Origin: Eledone cirrhosa
Lineage: Eukaryota
Assembly: GCA_964016885.1 (NCBI GenBank)
Contig: OZ024748.1
Location: 56,420,001-56,484,000, forward strand
DNA length: 64,000 bases
Reading direction: 5' to 3'
A program made the translations under genes and the position numbers. Shown one piece after another: positions 11,670 through 27,925 of this stretch. Numbering within the stretch: the first letter of the stretch is position 1; each line of letters opens with the position of its first letter. The notes beneath the pieces are model-generated. The model did not search any database, was not told where the DNA came from, and saw only the letters and a list, made by a program, of their open reading frames with translations.

Positions 11670-13029
11670 TTTAACATGTTTAACTTGTATGTTAGGTTAT
11701 GTAATTGTAAGGAAATATCAACGAGTGTTTCAAAATCTCCATCTTCACAACCATCAACACACCTCACCCCAACATTATCATACACAACTACCACAACCAC
11801 TACTTCATGTCACATCAACCTTAACATAGACAGCTACAACTACCTCAACCACAGCCACTACCACCATCACCCGCCCCACCAATACTACCACCACTACTAC
11901 CACCACTACTACCGCTACCAACCACATCCCACCACCACCATCAACAACATATCTAACGTTACTTTCGGAAGACTCATAAACCAAAATAATGCGGGGAAAC
12001 TCTGATGCTTTGTGTAACTTCATAATAATATAATTTTCAAAATAATGATTAAAAATAAAATCATAAGAAAATAATAATGATAAAATACAAAATAAAAAAA
12101 AAACAATATGTAAAATTCTAAAATACACAGATTTAAAAAAAAATACACAACTCTTTTATTTTCGTTAATCAATTTTTTTTTCTGAAATTTTATCTTAATT
12201 TAATTTAATATTTTCTTTATTTGTATTCTAGATAGTTATTTTCGAATCGCTAGAGATCTTATGTTATTAATCACTGATTTATTTGCATAGCAATTATATA
12301 ATTTACTCCAGCAAATACAAGGTAGGAAATGTATAGAACAATAAATTATAGAAAATATTAATATTTATAATAAGGAAGAAGATGGTGGTGATTATGGTAA
12401 TGATGATTATGTTGATGATGATGATGATTATAATGATGAAGATAATGATGAGGATAATGGACATGATGGTAATGATGAAGGTGGGGATAATAATACTACT
12501 AATAATCAGATAAAAAAGAAAAAAAACAGAGAAGAAGAAGAAGAAAGTGAAGATGAATAAAGAAGATGAGAAAGAAGAAGAAAAAGGAAAGGGAAAAAGA
12601 AGGAAAAGAAGACTAACAACAATAATAATAAAACACAACAACAGTAACAAAGGTAATGATAATAATAAAGTTAATGATAATAATAATAATATTGGTGATA
12701 ATAACAATATCAATAATAATAATAATATATTGAAATCTAAAAAACAATTCTAGAACATAAAACCAGTGAAATATAATGGAATCGTTGGTAGGAAATAATT
12801 ATGGAGTTGTATATTAATAATATGAATCAATAGTGGAGACTGTGCTTGATGATGCAGAAATGCAGGATAGGTTTTACAAGAATAACCAAAGACATTTATA
12901 TGCTTAATATATGCTGCTGTATAATTTCTCAGGATTTCTAACGGCTTATATTAGCATAGTTCAGTACACAAATTTAAGGTATTATTTGGTGTCATTTTGA
13001 GTTCGTTTTTATCTGTAGAGCAAATACGT

Positions 13030-13060
13030 ACACACACACACACACGCACACACACACACT

Positions 13061-13109
<49 letters not shown>

Positions 13110-13248
13110 GTCTGCGCGTGTATATATATGTGTGTGTATCTACACTGCAAATATTTATATATATATTTATGTATATATATATGTATATATATATATAGAT
13201 ATATATGCATATATATATATATGTATATATATATATAGATATATATGC

Positions 13249-13318
<70 letters not shown>

Positions 13319-13322
13319 GTAG

Positions 13323-13356
<34 letters not shown>

Positions 13357-13357
13357 T

Positions 13358-13399
<42 letters not shown>

Positions 13400-13400
13400 G

Positions 13401-13432
<32 letters not shown>

Positions 13433-13556
13433 TTATGTATATATATATATATATATACATATATATATGTATATATATATATATATATATATACATATAT
13501 ATTTATGTATATATATATACATAGATATATATATATATACATAGATATATATATAT

Positions 13557-13644
<88 letters not shown>

Positions 13645-13650
13645 CCATGG
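13030..13650. repeat. (CA)n plus long degenerate (TA)n tract
   Basis: Directly visible. Comparable tracts lie at 18830-19470, 27580-28600, 29040-29580 and 55370-55760. Confidence 0.95.
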
Positions 13651-13809
13651 GTATATACAGAGACACACACAGGTGTGTGTTTTCTTGTTTTATTTTATAA
13701 AACATAATTTGGTACAGTTCAGGGAGTTTTATTTTCCAATCTCAACGACCCATAACGTGTAAACCTACATACACATCTATATAGCCCTTTATATATTTAA
13801 CTCTCTCTC

Positions 13810-13897
<88 letters not shown>

Positions 13898-13954
13898 ATC
13901 TCTTCTCACTCCTTTTATATATACATATATATGCGTATGTATATGTGTGTTTGT

Positions 13955-13998
<44 letters not shown>

Positions 13999-14119
13999 TC
14001 TCAAGCGTGAACCTAATACTAACACTGTATGTACTGCACTCTTCGTTAATGGGTTTTTTTAAAACTTATATATATATATATGTATGTATGTATGTACGTA
14101 TGTATGTATGTATGTATAT

Positions 14120-14580
14120 GTCAGGTGGCTCTCGAGTGACACTGGTAACCTGTAACCCAGTACAACCTGTCTCATGGTCGGGTCGTCGGCGACTAAACCA
14201 GCAACTTCACCAATCTTGCTTGGTGAGGTGGGTGATATTTGGACACCCTGCGGGATGAAATACAAAACCCAGTGAAGGTCAAAGGAACTCAGCAGAATCA
14301 ACGGCCATCCAAATAGTTATTTTTTCCGCCTGGGAGTGAAAAGCCTTCAGTTGTTGTCACAAAACCTTTCTAAGAGAGGGAAATTCTGAACAGAAAAAAA
14401 AACTTACGGCTTCGAAAGCATCCGATGATGTTGAACTGTTCTCCTTTTCGGGCAGTGTTTTCGGTGGTCAGAGAGTGGGAGTAGTCGAGTGCCAGGCCTT
14501 CCTGCACTTAATAAACCTTCAAAGCCCATGTATTGCTTGTTCGGGTTATGTTACAGGTTCGTGTCCCTGGCCGTAGCCTA
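14120..14580 (+). mobile_element. Probable LINE (RTE-like) 5' UTR fragment
   Basis: GC-richer, stem-rich segment starting abruptly after a microsatellite. It resembles RTE 5' ends from memory and has no ORF. Confidence 0.45.
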
Positions 14581-14699
14581 AAAGTGCACCATTTTCTGTA
14601 ATCTGCCAAGTGATCGCAATACCTTTCGCAGAGTTTGTATACACACTATATTTACACACATCATATGTATACACACTATATTTACAAGACCGATTCTTG

Positions 14700-15560
14700 A
14701 CATACAAATTGTTGAGCAAAGTCTATCCTTTCGAAATTTTTCTGGAATAATTTAGGTATTGAATAAATTTATTGAGATGGGATCTGATGTAACTTTGACA
14801 AGATATCCTCCACTTATGGTTGACATGACATTTTCCGATTTTAATCTTTCCAATGATTATTTTATCTAAAAAGTAGTTTTTGTCTATGCTCCTAACCACG
14901 CATGTCGTTAACCATTATTGAGAATTTGTGGCAGTCTTTCATCATTCATCCTAACATGGCCAGCTTGTCTTATTTGTGACTCTAGCTAGAAGTGTTTTCT
15001 GTATCACATTTTTGAAACATCAGTTCATTTTAGAAAGACTTTCTGTATAAAACCATGTATATTGTTAAGATACATCTTGATGTCATGGGAGTAGTTTCAT
15101 CTGTGATATGGTCTCCCCAATTCGAACAATTACAGCAATATTAAGACGCCTAATATATGGTAAAATCAACTGACATTTTGGTTTACAAAGTCAATCCTCT
15201 CTTTTCATACTGTTGCTCACAGCTTTCCAATGAAACCACTTGCTTTGACGGTTCTATTTACAATTTCCTCGCCTAAAGAAGCACTAGAATAGAAGTTATT
15301 TCTGGTGTATTTGAAACATTTCAGATTATTAAAAGTACTTGTTGTCCACAAGAATTTGATGTGATGGTGTACGGTATTGGAACGTAGACAGGTTTATGCT
15401 TATTCTTTCAGTAGTTATAGGTTTTGTCTGGTGAATAACGCCTGTATCTTATCTGTTTATGGTTAGGCAAAACGATTTTACCCCAGAGGAAAATGGAAAG
15501 TGGTATATTTGCAGAATTATCCAGTATGCGTCGTCGAGAATTGAATGCATTGTAAGGAGC
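14700..15560 (-). mobile_element. Highly decayed RTE LINE remnant
   Basis: Fragments FKY...SLGEEIVNRTVKASGFIGKL resemble FKYLGS...EIxxRIxKAxxAFGxL. Many stops. Confidence 0.6.
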
Positions 15561-16117
15561 AGTAAATGAATTTTTTATGCCTCGAGTAGATTAAAGTAAA
15601 AATAGTAGAGGGAAAAATAGGCTTCCTCATAATTTCTGTCTGCTAAATTCTATATGCATATATATTTGTCTATCCGACGCTATAGTAACAATGATTACCA
15701 AAGATGGTGTGTTCTGAGATCGAACGAAGAAGCATGACTTTTGTGAAATAATACATATATATATATACATGTGTGTGTGTATGTGTGTGTGCGCGCGTGT
15801 GTGTGTGTATATATATATATGTGTGTGTGTGTGTGTGAATGTGTGTGGATGTGTGTCCAAATTGCGAGAACAGTAGGCGTAATTTCGTAAGAATTGAGTG
15901 CATATGGGTAATATCTCACATTCTCTTTCGCTTTTATTCTTTTGTTGCTCTCAGTCAGCAGACTATGACCATGCTGGGGCAAATGTGCAATTTTCTACTT
16001 ATTATCTGTCTCATTGATGCGCTTCAAACATCACCAACTTCCTTCTTTTAATCTCAATCACTTATAATCTCTTTGTGTATTTGTGTATGTACGCATGTCA
16101 TGTAATCTATATATATA

Positions 16118-16177
<60 letters not shown>

Positions 16178-16367
16178 ATGTGTGTGTCTATGTATGTATG
16201 TCTCTATGTATTCATATATATATACATGTGTGTGTTATAAGTATGTTATAAGTATTTTCTATCTGTATCTCTACATCTACATATATTTACATATATATCG
16301 ATGCAATATTTACTATCCCCACTCTCCCCCAAATCACGATTACACATATATACATGCGACTGTGCTC

Positions 16368-16453
<86 letters not shown>

Positions 16454-16495
16454 GTGTATGTTAGAAGCCATATCTATATTATACACACATACACT

Positions 16496-16538
<43 letters not shown>

Positions 16539-17229
16539 GCATACATATATACATATATACATAGATACGTATACATAGATACGTACACATAGATACGTAC
16601 ACATATATAAATATAGACGCGTGTGTGCGTGTGCGTGTGGTATATTGGAGGTTAGTGATTTCCATAGGATATTTTCATAATTTTAATAGCTTTCGCTATA
16701 TATCAAAGATGAAAGAATCATTAACTTTTGATGAGCAGGCGTCGTGAATCTTTCCATATTGATCAAGCTTACCAAGTGATCATTGTATTCCTACAGAGAG
16801 CCAATGGCCGATATTACTTTATCAAATCTGATTGCATCATTACAATGACTGGATCCCAATTGGTCAGATAATGTTTCTGTAAAAGCATAGCTTTGACCTA
16901 AGGCGCAGTAGATATTCTTTTCAAAACTCTAAAGAATTTATTCGTCGATCATCTTAGTGCCTTATGTTGCCATATGATGCCAATATTTGCGAATGCTTCC
17001 AGTTATAATCGACATCAAAGGCAAAGAAAGAGGAGGGCGGATATGTTGAAAGACAAAATATAAAAAAAAAAAGAGAAAGAAAAATAATGATAATGCATAT
17101 ATCAAGTAGGTTTCGATTTCTTCATAAGAAACTGTATACGCTATGTTAACTGTGTGCCACAGTGGCGATATAATGGTGACCTTTTCAATCTGGGGAAATG
17201 AAAGAAAATTATAATAATAAAAATGCAAT

Positions 17230-17289
17230 GATGATGATGACAATGATGATGGTCATGATCTTCATGATTGTGATTGATGATAGTGCAGT

Positions 17290-17363
<74 letters not shown>

Positions 17364-17430
17364 AGAAGAAGAAGAAGAAGAAGAAGAAGAAGAAGAAGAA
17401 GAAGAAGAAGAAGAAGAAGAAGAAGAAGAA
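17230..17430. repeat. (GAT)n and (GAA)n triplet repeats
   Basis: Directly visible. Confidence 0.95.
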
Positions 17431-17441
17431 GGGAGGATGCG

Positions 17442-17760
17442 CACTTCTAGTTTAGGCACAAGGCTAGCAATTTCAACCAGTTTTAGTGAATGCCCATTGA
17501 ATGGACTCCATTACATGAAAGGTCGTTTAAATTATCGATCCCGGTAGAATGAAACATAAATCTCGAGCCTTAGACAAAAGGCCAGAACTGTTTGGGTAGG
17601 GTGAGGAGTGAACAATCAATTATACGAAACAGATTACTTGAATAGTATTTAATTTTATCGAACCCCAAAAGGATGAATACCAATTTCGACCTCGACCAGA
17701 GTTGAAATTACCATGTAAAGATATGGAAACAATTCCGGAAGGTATGCTAATGTTCTACCA
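17442..17760 (-). mobile_element. Old, diverged SINE pieces (family 1-related)
   Basis: ttctagtttaggcacaaggc and ttttatcgaaccccaaaaggatgaa match the tail and core. Confidence 0.6.
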
Positions 17761-18857
17761 TAGTAGTAGTCGTAATAGTACTGATATTAATTGTAGTAGA
17801 AGTGGTAGTATTAGGAGTGGTGTTGATAGCAGTAATAGGTTTGGTTGTAGCAGTTGTACTTATATTTGTGGAAGTAATAGTAATAATCGTAGCAGTATTT
17901 GTAGTATTGGTAATAGTAATAGCGGTGGTGTTAGTAGCAGTAGTAGTAGTAGTAGTAATAGTAGTAGTAGTAGTAGTAGTAGTAGTCAATAAAAGAGAAA
18001 GCGGCTTACCCCGAACCAGTTATGTTATTTGTTTGCTTTATCTCTTTAATAACATATAATAGAGTGTTTCTAATTCTTAACACAAATAATTTCCATTCAT
18101 TAATCTTATGAGAGGCCTCATATCATGTCATGCCATTTTAGAAATCTTGCAATAGTTCATTTGTGACCCGCCTCCAAAACATCCTCATTTTAAAATCTCT
18201 CTAATCCTGGTTAAATACTCTTATATAGTCTTTCAAGTATAATTGATTTGAATAGTAGAATTATTACACTTGGGGAAATCATAAATATCATCATAAAATA
18301 TCATCATCATATAAAGCGCAAAAATTTAAGTGAAAATATGCTTTATGCTATTTCCCAGAGACTATGAGAAATCTGAGAGGGAATCTATCTTTCTAGTTCA
18401 TGTGAGATTCACCAAGAACTTTATCAATGTTTACAGATTTTATCCAAATATTTTTCAGGTTTCTGTTTAATGATATCAAGGAACAAGAAAATTTGGAATT
18501 TTGTTTTTCAAATATATATATATTTACTTTTAAGATATTCTCACATCCTACATAATGAACGTAATCCTCTCAATCACTTACATCGATAAGGTATAAAAAA
18601 AACGTTTTAACAAAGAGCACTGTTTGGAGAAAGAGTGACTAAAGTATGAAATTGAATTTAACGTTAAAATATCAAATTATTGGTGATGGGTAAAGGAATG
18701 AAATATATCAGGTTGTAATAGATCATGCACGAAATACAGAACAGAATAGCATTTTTCAGCAATGCTTTGCTCCTTTATAAAGTATAGAAAACAACCAATG
18801 AACATTGAGTTCGAATACAAAAGCACGGATACATATATATATATTTGTATGCCTCTT

Positions 18858-18890
<33 letters not shown>

Positions 18891-18903
18891 ATATATATGC
18901 ATG

Positions 18904-18961
<58 letters not shown>

Positions 18962-18963
18962 TG

Positions 18964-18994
<31 letters not shown>

Positions 18995-18999
18995 GAATG

Positions 19000-19063
<64 letters not shown>

Positions 19064-19065
19064 TG

Positions 19066-19135
<70 letters not shown>

Positions 19136-19137
19136 TG

Positions 19138-19210
<73 letters not shown>

Positions 19211-19363
19211 GTGTGTGTATAAATGTATATATATATATATATATATGTATAAATAATATATATATTTATGTACAAATATATGTATATATATATATGTATG
19301 TATAAGTATATATATATGTATGTATATATATATATGTGTCTGTTTGTGTGTATATATATATAA

Positions 19364-19464
<101 letters not shown>

Positions 19465-19899
19465 TATACACACACATAACCCTACGCATATTCATGTCAA
19501 ATGTAGTGTGGGTCCAAAAGATTATCGCATGAATATGTCCATTTGTTTTGCGCATCCTGGGGGAAGTGCACGACTCGTATGTAGAAAATATTTACTGCAT
19601 AATTCTGTTTTCAATAGCATCCTATATTCTGAATCAGATTCCGTATATAATGACATTGTTACTGTTAGACACTGGTTTGTAATAGAAAATACTCAGTTTG
19701 ATATGGGTACACTTTCTCAACCCTTAATTCTCTTAAGTAATGTACAATGTATATCTTCTATTAGTAAAAAAATATGATATCTAATAATACAAACATGACC
19801 TTGTCTACCAATATAATTGAAATGATACATATATCTAAAAACAGCGAGAAGTGAAAACCAACCAAACAGTTATTAATTCTGGCAATATTACACAAGTAT

Positions 19900-19944
<45 letters not shown>

Positions 19945-19980
19945 TATAAATATAAATATGTATATATATATATATACATA

Positions 19981-20178
19981 TAACAAAGGAATTGTGGTAA
20001 GGAACCAGATGGACAATAAGGCACCAGAGTACTCAATACTTAGGGTAGTAGATTGGAAAATAGGAAAAGGTATGACCCCGACGGCGGAGCTCAAGCCGTT
20101 TCGACGGCTATTTCTGGAGTCCAGAAATAGCCATCGAAACGGCTTGTGCTCTGCCGTCGGGGTCATACTTTTTCCTAT
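19981..20178 (-). mobile_element. TA-embedded hairpin island, family B (copy 1)
   Basis: 58-bp arms 20060-20117 / 20121-20178 plus an 80-bp tail. Homologs at 45178, 57547 and 59986. Contains GAAAC-helix III-GTC. Confidence 0.8.
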
Positions 20179-20199
20179 ATATACATATATATATATATA

Positions 20200-20857
<658 letters not shown>

Positions 20858-21061
20858 GTATATATATATATATATATAAAATAAAATAAAATAAAATATA
20901 TAAATAAAGAACACAACAACAACAGCATAATAATAATGATAATAGAATTAGAATTAATATTGTTGTCACAGTTGTAGTTGTAGTGCGAATTTTTATAAAA
21001 CTAATCATTTGTCAAAATATTTCTCGAAATATCCGCCCTACCCTCAATATATATATGTATG

Positions 21062-21162
<101 letters not shown>

Positions 21163-21669
21163 ATACGTATGTATGTGTATATATATGACGATGACCTATA
21201 TTTTACAGAGTATATGGATAGAATATAGAATAGAATAGCAATAACAGTAACAACAACATCTATGACAACGACGACGACGACACAAGTAACAATAACTCAA
21301 CAGAAAATACATAACAACATAACAAAAAAATATCAACATAGCAAGAACGCAAACAATTAAGTTTGGCGACAGCATCTATGCCAATGAGGACGAGGGTGGC
21401 GACTATGACAACAACAATAAGGAAAACAACAATGAAAACAACGACATCCATGAAAATAAAATCACAGACAACAACAACAACAACAGCAACAACAGAAAGA
21501 CATAGACACACACACACACGAAAAAAACGAGAAAAATAGCAAATAGTTCGAAAACTGAAAAGCGATGAAGCAGATGACGAGAACACACGATGGAGCCCGA
21601 AACAGATGCAAACAATGTACTAGAAATAGAATAGAAACTGGGACAGCAACAACAACAACTACAACAATT

Positions 21670-22200
21670 ATATACGAAGACACTAAGAATAACAATAACA
21701 ACAATTATATAAATGGCACTAAGAACAACAACAACAACAATTATATACATGAAACTAAGAACAACAAAAAACAACAGCACTTAAATACGATGACACTAAG
21801 AATAACAACAACAATAACAGCAACAACACCGTCGAAGACAACAACAACAACAACTACAACAACAATAACAATAACAACAACATATACGAAGACACTAAGA
21901 ACAACAACAACAATAACAACAATTAAATACGATGACACTAAGAATAACAACAACAATAACAGCAACAACACCGTCGAAGACAACAACAACAACAACTACA
22001 ACAACAATAACAATAACAACAACATATACGAAGACACTAAGAACAACAATAACAACAACAATTATATACATCACACGAAGAAGAAGAAGAAGAAGAAGAA
22101 GAAGAAGAAGAAGAAGAAGAAGAAGAAGAAGAAGAAGAAGAAGAAGAAGAAGAAGAAGAAGAAGAAGAAGAAGAAGAAGAAGAAGAACAACAACAACAAC
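21670..22200. repeat. AAC-based compound minisatellite followed by (AAG)n
   Basis: Recurring acactaagaa unit with a duplicated higher-order block of about 140 bp. Confidence 0.9.
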
Positions 22201-22438
22201 AACAGCCACAGTAATTCAATATTGGGACTTTAGGAACAACAACAACACTTAATAACGTGTAACAATAACAACAACAAATATTGAAATGCGACAAAGGCAA
22301 CGACAACAAAAGTAGCAAAACTTTACAGGGGTGATAATTATAAAATGAAGACAATAACAACAGCGACAACAACACAAATAACTTTAATATTAAATGGGGA
22401 CCATAATAAAAACAACAATAATATAATATAATATAACC

Positions 22439-22483
<45 letters not shown>

Positions 22484-22626
22484 TTATATACACACACATT
22501 TCTATACAAGTCAGTCTGAAATATCTTTCTTAGCAATAATTCCGAAGACTTGAATATTAGTTCTGTCCTGAAAGAACGTTCGCATACATACATGCATATT
22601 TACATACATATATATACTTTCATATA

Positions 22627-22663
<37 letters not shown>

Positions 22664-22840
22664 TCATACATGCATATATACATACATATATGCATACATA
22701 TATACATGCATACATGCATACATATATATGCATACATATATACATGCATACATGCATACATATACGCATATATATATATATATATATATATACATACACT
22801 CATACATGCGTATATACATACATATATGCATACATATACG

Positions 22841-23185
22841 TTATTCCGGGTTGAATCGGAGGTAACCACAGTAAGTAAGGTACTCAATACATAGCAGAGT
22901 ATAACAGTTTTAATATAGATGAGATTCTACAGGACTAGAACTGTTTCATTCATTGTTACTCTAAAAACATAAATAAATATAAATTAACTATAGCTATGTA
23001 GAATTAGCTTTTAATGAATTCCCGTCTCTATCAACCAATGACCTGCACCCATCCCACTCCCCACCCTCTCCTACCACTTGTAGAGACCTATAAATACCAT
23101 ATTTATTTTTTGATACCCAGATTCCTGATGATTTCTAATGAATGAAACAGTTCTAGTCCTGTAGAATCTCATCTATATTAAAACT
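22841..23185. mobile_element. Inverted pLTR-like island, family C
   Basis: 49-bp arms 22906-22954 / 23137-23185, a tail on the left, and TA/TACA microsatellites on both sides. Confidence 0.75.
23119..23169 (+). ncRNA. Type I hammerhead ribozyme (family C)
   Basis: agattc CTGATGA tttc taat gaat GAAA CAG ttctagtc CTG TA gaatct: 6-bp helix I, intact core, 4-bp helix III and GUA triplet. Confidence 0.85.
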
Positions 23186-23796
23186 ATATGCATACATATA
23201 TATATGCATGCATGCATACATATATATGCATACATATATACATGCATACATACATACATATTTACATACGTACATACATGCATATATACATACATAAATA
23301 CATACATACATATTTAAATGCGTACATACATACACAGACACACACAAATACATACACACAAACATATATACACAAATACATACACATATACGTATATACA
23401 CCCATGCATACATGCATACATGGTGGCTGCGAACTCGTTTTCGACTAGGTCCACTACTTTATATCCATGTAGGAGAACCCCTACCAATGCGCTGAACGAG
23501 TGTGACTTTTTAGTCCAGCCAGCGACTTGAAAACTCTGGTACAAACACTACACTTGTGACAATTATTGACACATAGTGCTGGGTCCTTGGTACCATGTGA
23601 CGACCAGTGCAGAGAGATCTCCAGATATAAAGCAATGCCTGTACCCTGAAGCTTTTATAGTGAGCAAAGGCACTGCACAAAGTCAGTCCCACTCTCTTAA
23701 CAAAGATGATATTTACCAAAAAGAAGAACAAGTCAACATCATTGGATACCATCAGAGTTGCAGGTATTATATCACAATCTCACATGCATACATACA

Positions 23797-23829
<33 letters not shown>

Positions 23830-23956
23830 GTGTGTATGTATGTACATACATACATACATACATACATACATACATACATACATACATACATACATACATA
23901 CATACATAGACACAAATCCTATTCACTAAAGAAAAATCAATTACAAATCTTATTTG

Positions 23957-24181
23957 TGAAGATCGGTTGAATAGTTCATAAGGTGAAAAGTTCATAGGCT
24001 GACAAAGATACTCTCATGGAATGACCAAATGAGGTTTATTTTTAAACATAGTCTCTTAAAAGTAAAAATGCAGTTATTAATTTTGTAGGATAGTTGAAAT
24101 TAATGTAGACAACATTTCATAGCTCTAGCATCAATTTTTCATTGTCCGCCTATGAAAGTTTCACTCAGCCTTTATCCTTCA
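23957..24181. mobile_element. Mariner-derived MITE
   Basis: tgaaaagttcataggctg ... gcctatgaaagtttca; homologous to 37754-37965. Confidence 0.65.
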
Positions 24182-24211
24182 TATTCGGAACATTATTATT
24201 ATTGGTACATT

Positions 24212-24392
24212 GCGCTGGATTGGCAGTATCAGCAGAGTTTGAGACACTCTGCTTTGCAGCATAGCAGTACGGCCCTTTACGGTCTGAGTTAAAATCCCGC
24301 CGAGGTTTACTTTGACTTTCATCCTTACGGGGTCGATAAAATAAAGTACCAGTAATGTACTGGGTTAGTTGCTGCCAAAAGTAGAAACAATT
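24212..24392 (+). mobile_element. tRNA-derived SINE (family 1)
   Basis: Matches the family head, core and tail. Confidence 0.9.
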
Positions 24393-25499
24393 CTATGTTA
24401 ACGCCTGACTGTTGTGCCCTCCTGTCTTTTCATATTGGATTGGTGAGACTGTTCTTTCCCTTCTTGTAGAAGGTACGTGTTCCACTGTTCCGGCCCCCCA
24501 TATGCTGCCAGTTCCATTTGACCAGAAGGTTGGCCATGATGTGTCTGTTGATTTACAGAGAGGCGTTGAGATTATGTATATATAGAAACCTTCCTGGACA
24601 GTCAACACATTTAGTTGCACTTTGTCAGAATCATTATTACAAAAAACCTTTAATTCAGCGGCATTCCTGGGTCAATGAAGGCCGAATGTTATCAGGCGTT
24701 CAAGGCCCTTGGAAAGTTGGACATTGCGAACGGTGAAAAGTATATTTTAGCGCTTTATAGAGAAATATTAATTGTCAAGATGTTCTCTTGGAATATCGAG
24801 GCATCTATAAGAATGAACCAACCTAAAGATATATGTTAAATGAATTAATATTTTTAATTAGTTTGTTTTACTTTCGTTTCGACATAAAATCTTAAAACCG
24901 TATCATTTTCCTTCCAAATTGTATACCGATTAAATTTCGTAACTTCGGTGCAGCTGCAAAATCAGCATGATAATTAGATACATTTTCTTGTTTATTTAAA
25001 TCCATTCTGTCTTATATTCAAGAGCTGAGCTCTAAAACAAATACTTGTTCTTTATATTCATTAACTTATCGTATTGGTTGATGTAGTAATGGCGATGTAG
25101 AGTTTTGCACGCTCAAGTTGTATCTTTTCACTTATACTATATATAAATGAATGATATGTAGATTTAAGGATACATAACTGAATGGTTTTATTTCCGTTTT
25201 TTTTTTTTTTTTTGCAGGAAAGGTGACGGTGTCGGCATAGAAATAAGACGAAGATTTCTCAGATAGATGATTGTTTGTTGTGATTTACATTACAAACATC
25301 TAAGAACCTTTGTAAAACGTTAATTACTCAATATAAATATCAATAAATTGAATAACTTTCACTTGAACCAGACTCTTTCAAAATATTCAAATTGTTTTCG
25401 ATATTATTTTTTATCTACTAATATTGAATACATTTTGAAGTAGTAAAATTGCGTTATCGATTGTTAAACGTACCTCGGGGTAATTCTTTACCTACTATC

Positions 25500-25868
25500 A
25501 TTATTAACATCATTACTTTCTTTGAGTCACTGATGCTATTTAACCGGAAAGTTTATTCAAAAGAACATGAAGCTGCTACCTGCAGCCTCAGATATTTAGG
25601 ACGTATTCAGGAAGGTTATTGCTGTTCGCAGCAAGCTTGAGTTTGAACTGTTCCAAAAAAAAAAGGGGTTTAGACTAATGTTCTTTAACCATTCTTGAAA
25701 ACGCTTCGAGATAGTACCTAGTGGTACTCTGAAATTTGGGACGACCTTGATCTCATGACAGTCACAATTCCTTTTTAATTCCCACTTTAAATCCTGGTAT
25801 CGGTTAATTTTCTGCGCCTCCTTTTCTTGCACTCTTGTGTCAAAGGGACAGGCTACATCTACAATCAT
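25500..25868 (-). mobile_element. 3' end of RLE-type LINE (R4/Dong-like)
   Basis: IVDVACPFDTRVQEKEAQKINRYQDLKWELKR...KVVP...LGTISK...LLRTA is a restriction-like endonuclease C-terminus. It sits in a (TAA)n tract, as is known for Dong-type elements. Confidence 0.85.
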
Positions 25869-25885
25869 TATTATTCTAATTATTA

Positions 25886-25920
<35 letters not shown>

Positions 25921-26336
25921 TAGTAATAAAGTTCAGAATACCAATAGAAAAATTACCTTTTGAATTTTCACTGCATCATCAATTCGTCTAACAGATTTTT
26001 ATGTGTTTCAGATTTTTCAATTGTGGAGTGCTTTGTCTGGATAACATAATTCCTTTTTCTTTATTTGGAAATTATTCCTTTCTTTTTATTATCTTAAGAG
26101 GAAATTGCAACATTATATATTTTCATTAAAACTGACTAGCTTAGAGTTGGTTGTGATATTCCCAATGGGCTGAGAAAGAGAGAATGACAGAATAAAAAAC
26201 TGCTAAACCAGAAGAAAATATGAGAAACAAAAATGACTATTCGTTCTGTGCAGTTCATTATGTATCTGCTCTGAATTGGATATTCTATCAGATGATGCAC
26301 ATTTTCTTTCTCTCCCGCTCTTTCTCTTTAGTCCTT

Positions 26337-26440
<104 letters not shown>

Positions 26441-26500
26441 CTCACTCTCATTCCCATTCACACACACACACGCACACACACTCAGAGACACTCACACATA

Positions 26501-26580
<80 letters not shown>

Positions 26581-27879
26581 GTGTGTGTGTTTAAATGTGT
26601 ACGTGTTTCATATGTACATACATATACGCATGCATACGTATATCTATATCTATATATATATATATATATACGTACATATATATATGTATATATATATAAA
26701 TATATATATACATATATATATATATTTATATATATATATATATGCATATATATATATATATATATATAATATATATATTATACATAATATATAATATATA
26801 TATATAAGTGTGTGTGTGTTTTGTGTGGTAGTTGTGTGTGTGTGTGTGTGTACATACATATATTCATATAGACCATTGACACAGAGAAGAGAACACACAT
26901 TGAGGCACTCTCTTTCTAAATATGTATATATATATATGTGTCTATCATCCTCTATACTTCGCTTTTATTTCATGCATGCAAGCTACTGTATTCTCCCAAC
27001 TATAACACTATATCCAAACTATATAAGTAACCTTAATATGTATTAAGTTAACGTGGCGTGAATACACTGCCGATTGATCTATCGATATTATTGTTGCTGC
27101 CTTGGCAGTGATCAGTTTCTTTATCACTACGTCGACTTCGGATAGAATGGCATTAATTGAATGAAGAGATAAAAACATAAGTAGGAATGTGGTGTAGATT
27201 GAGTTATACATATAAAGAGAGGAAACAAAAAAATTATTCGTCAAAGTATAACAAACAAACCAAAAATTCCAATGAAAAGAACAACAACAACAACAATGAC
27301 GACGACAATGATAGTGACAACAACAGCAACAGTAACAACCAAAAATACTTAAAACAAAATGGGTGATAAAATGAAGAGGGGCGATAATCAGAAAAGAGCA
27401 CATTAAAATGGAGGCCAAAGAAAAAGACAAATAATAGATTTGTTATAAAGGATTTTAAATAGAAAAAAGGACATAGAATTATACTACATTTCTCTATGAT
27501 TTCTTTTATTTTGTTTCGCGATATCTTTCACTAGAAACCAAAGAAATATATTTATATCTATATACTATACTATATTATATTACATATATATATATATATG
27601 TGTATATATGAATATATATATATATATATTTATATATATACATACAAATGATTTATATATATGTGTATATATGAATATAAATATATACATATATATATGT
27701 ATATATATATATATATGTATATATGTATATATATATATGAATATATATATATATATATATATAATATATATATACATATACATAAAAATATATACATATA
27801 TATATACATATACATAAATATATATATATGTATATATGTATATATATATACAAATGTATATATATATATGTATATATAT

Positions 27880-27925
<46 letters not shown>

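Noticed and set aside
17141-17189. Possible minus-strand terminal exon after ttcatttccccag (LKRSPLYRHCGTQLT*)
   Set aside because: Only an acceptor-like site; no homology or partner exons were recognisable.
25218-25266. Possible plus-strand exon after poly-T gcag (KGDGVGIEIRRRFLR*)
   Set aside because: Acceptor-like context alone is insufficient without transcript evidence.
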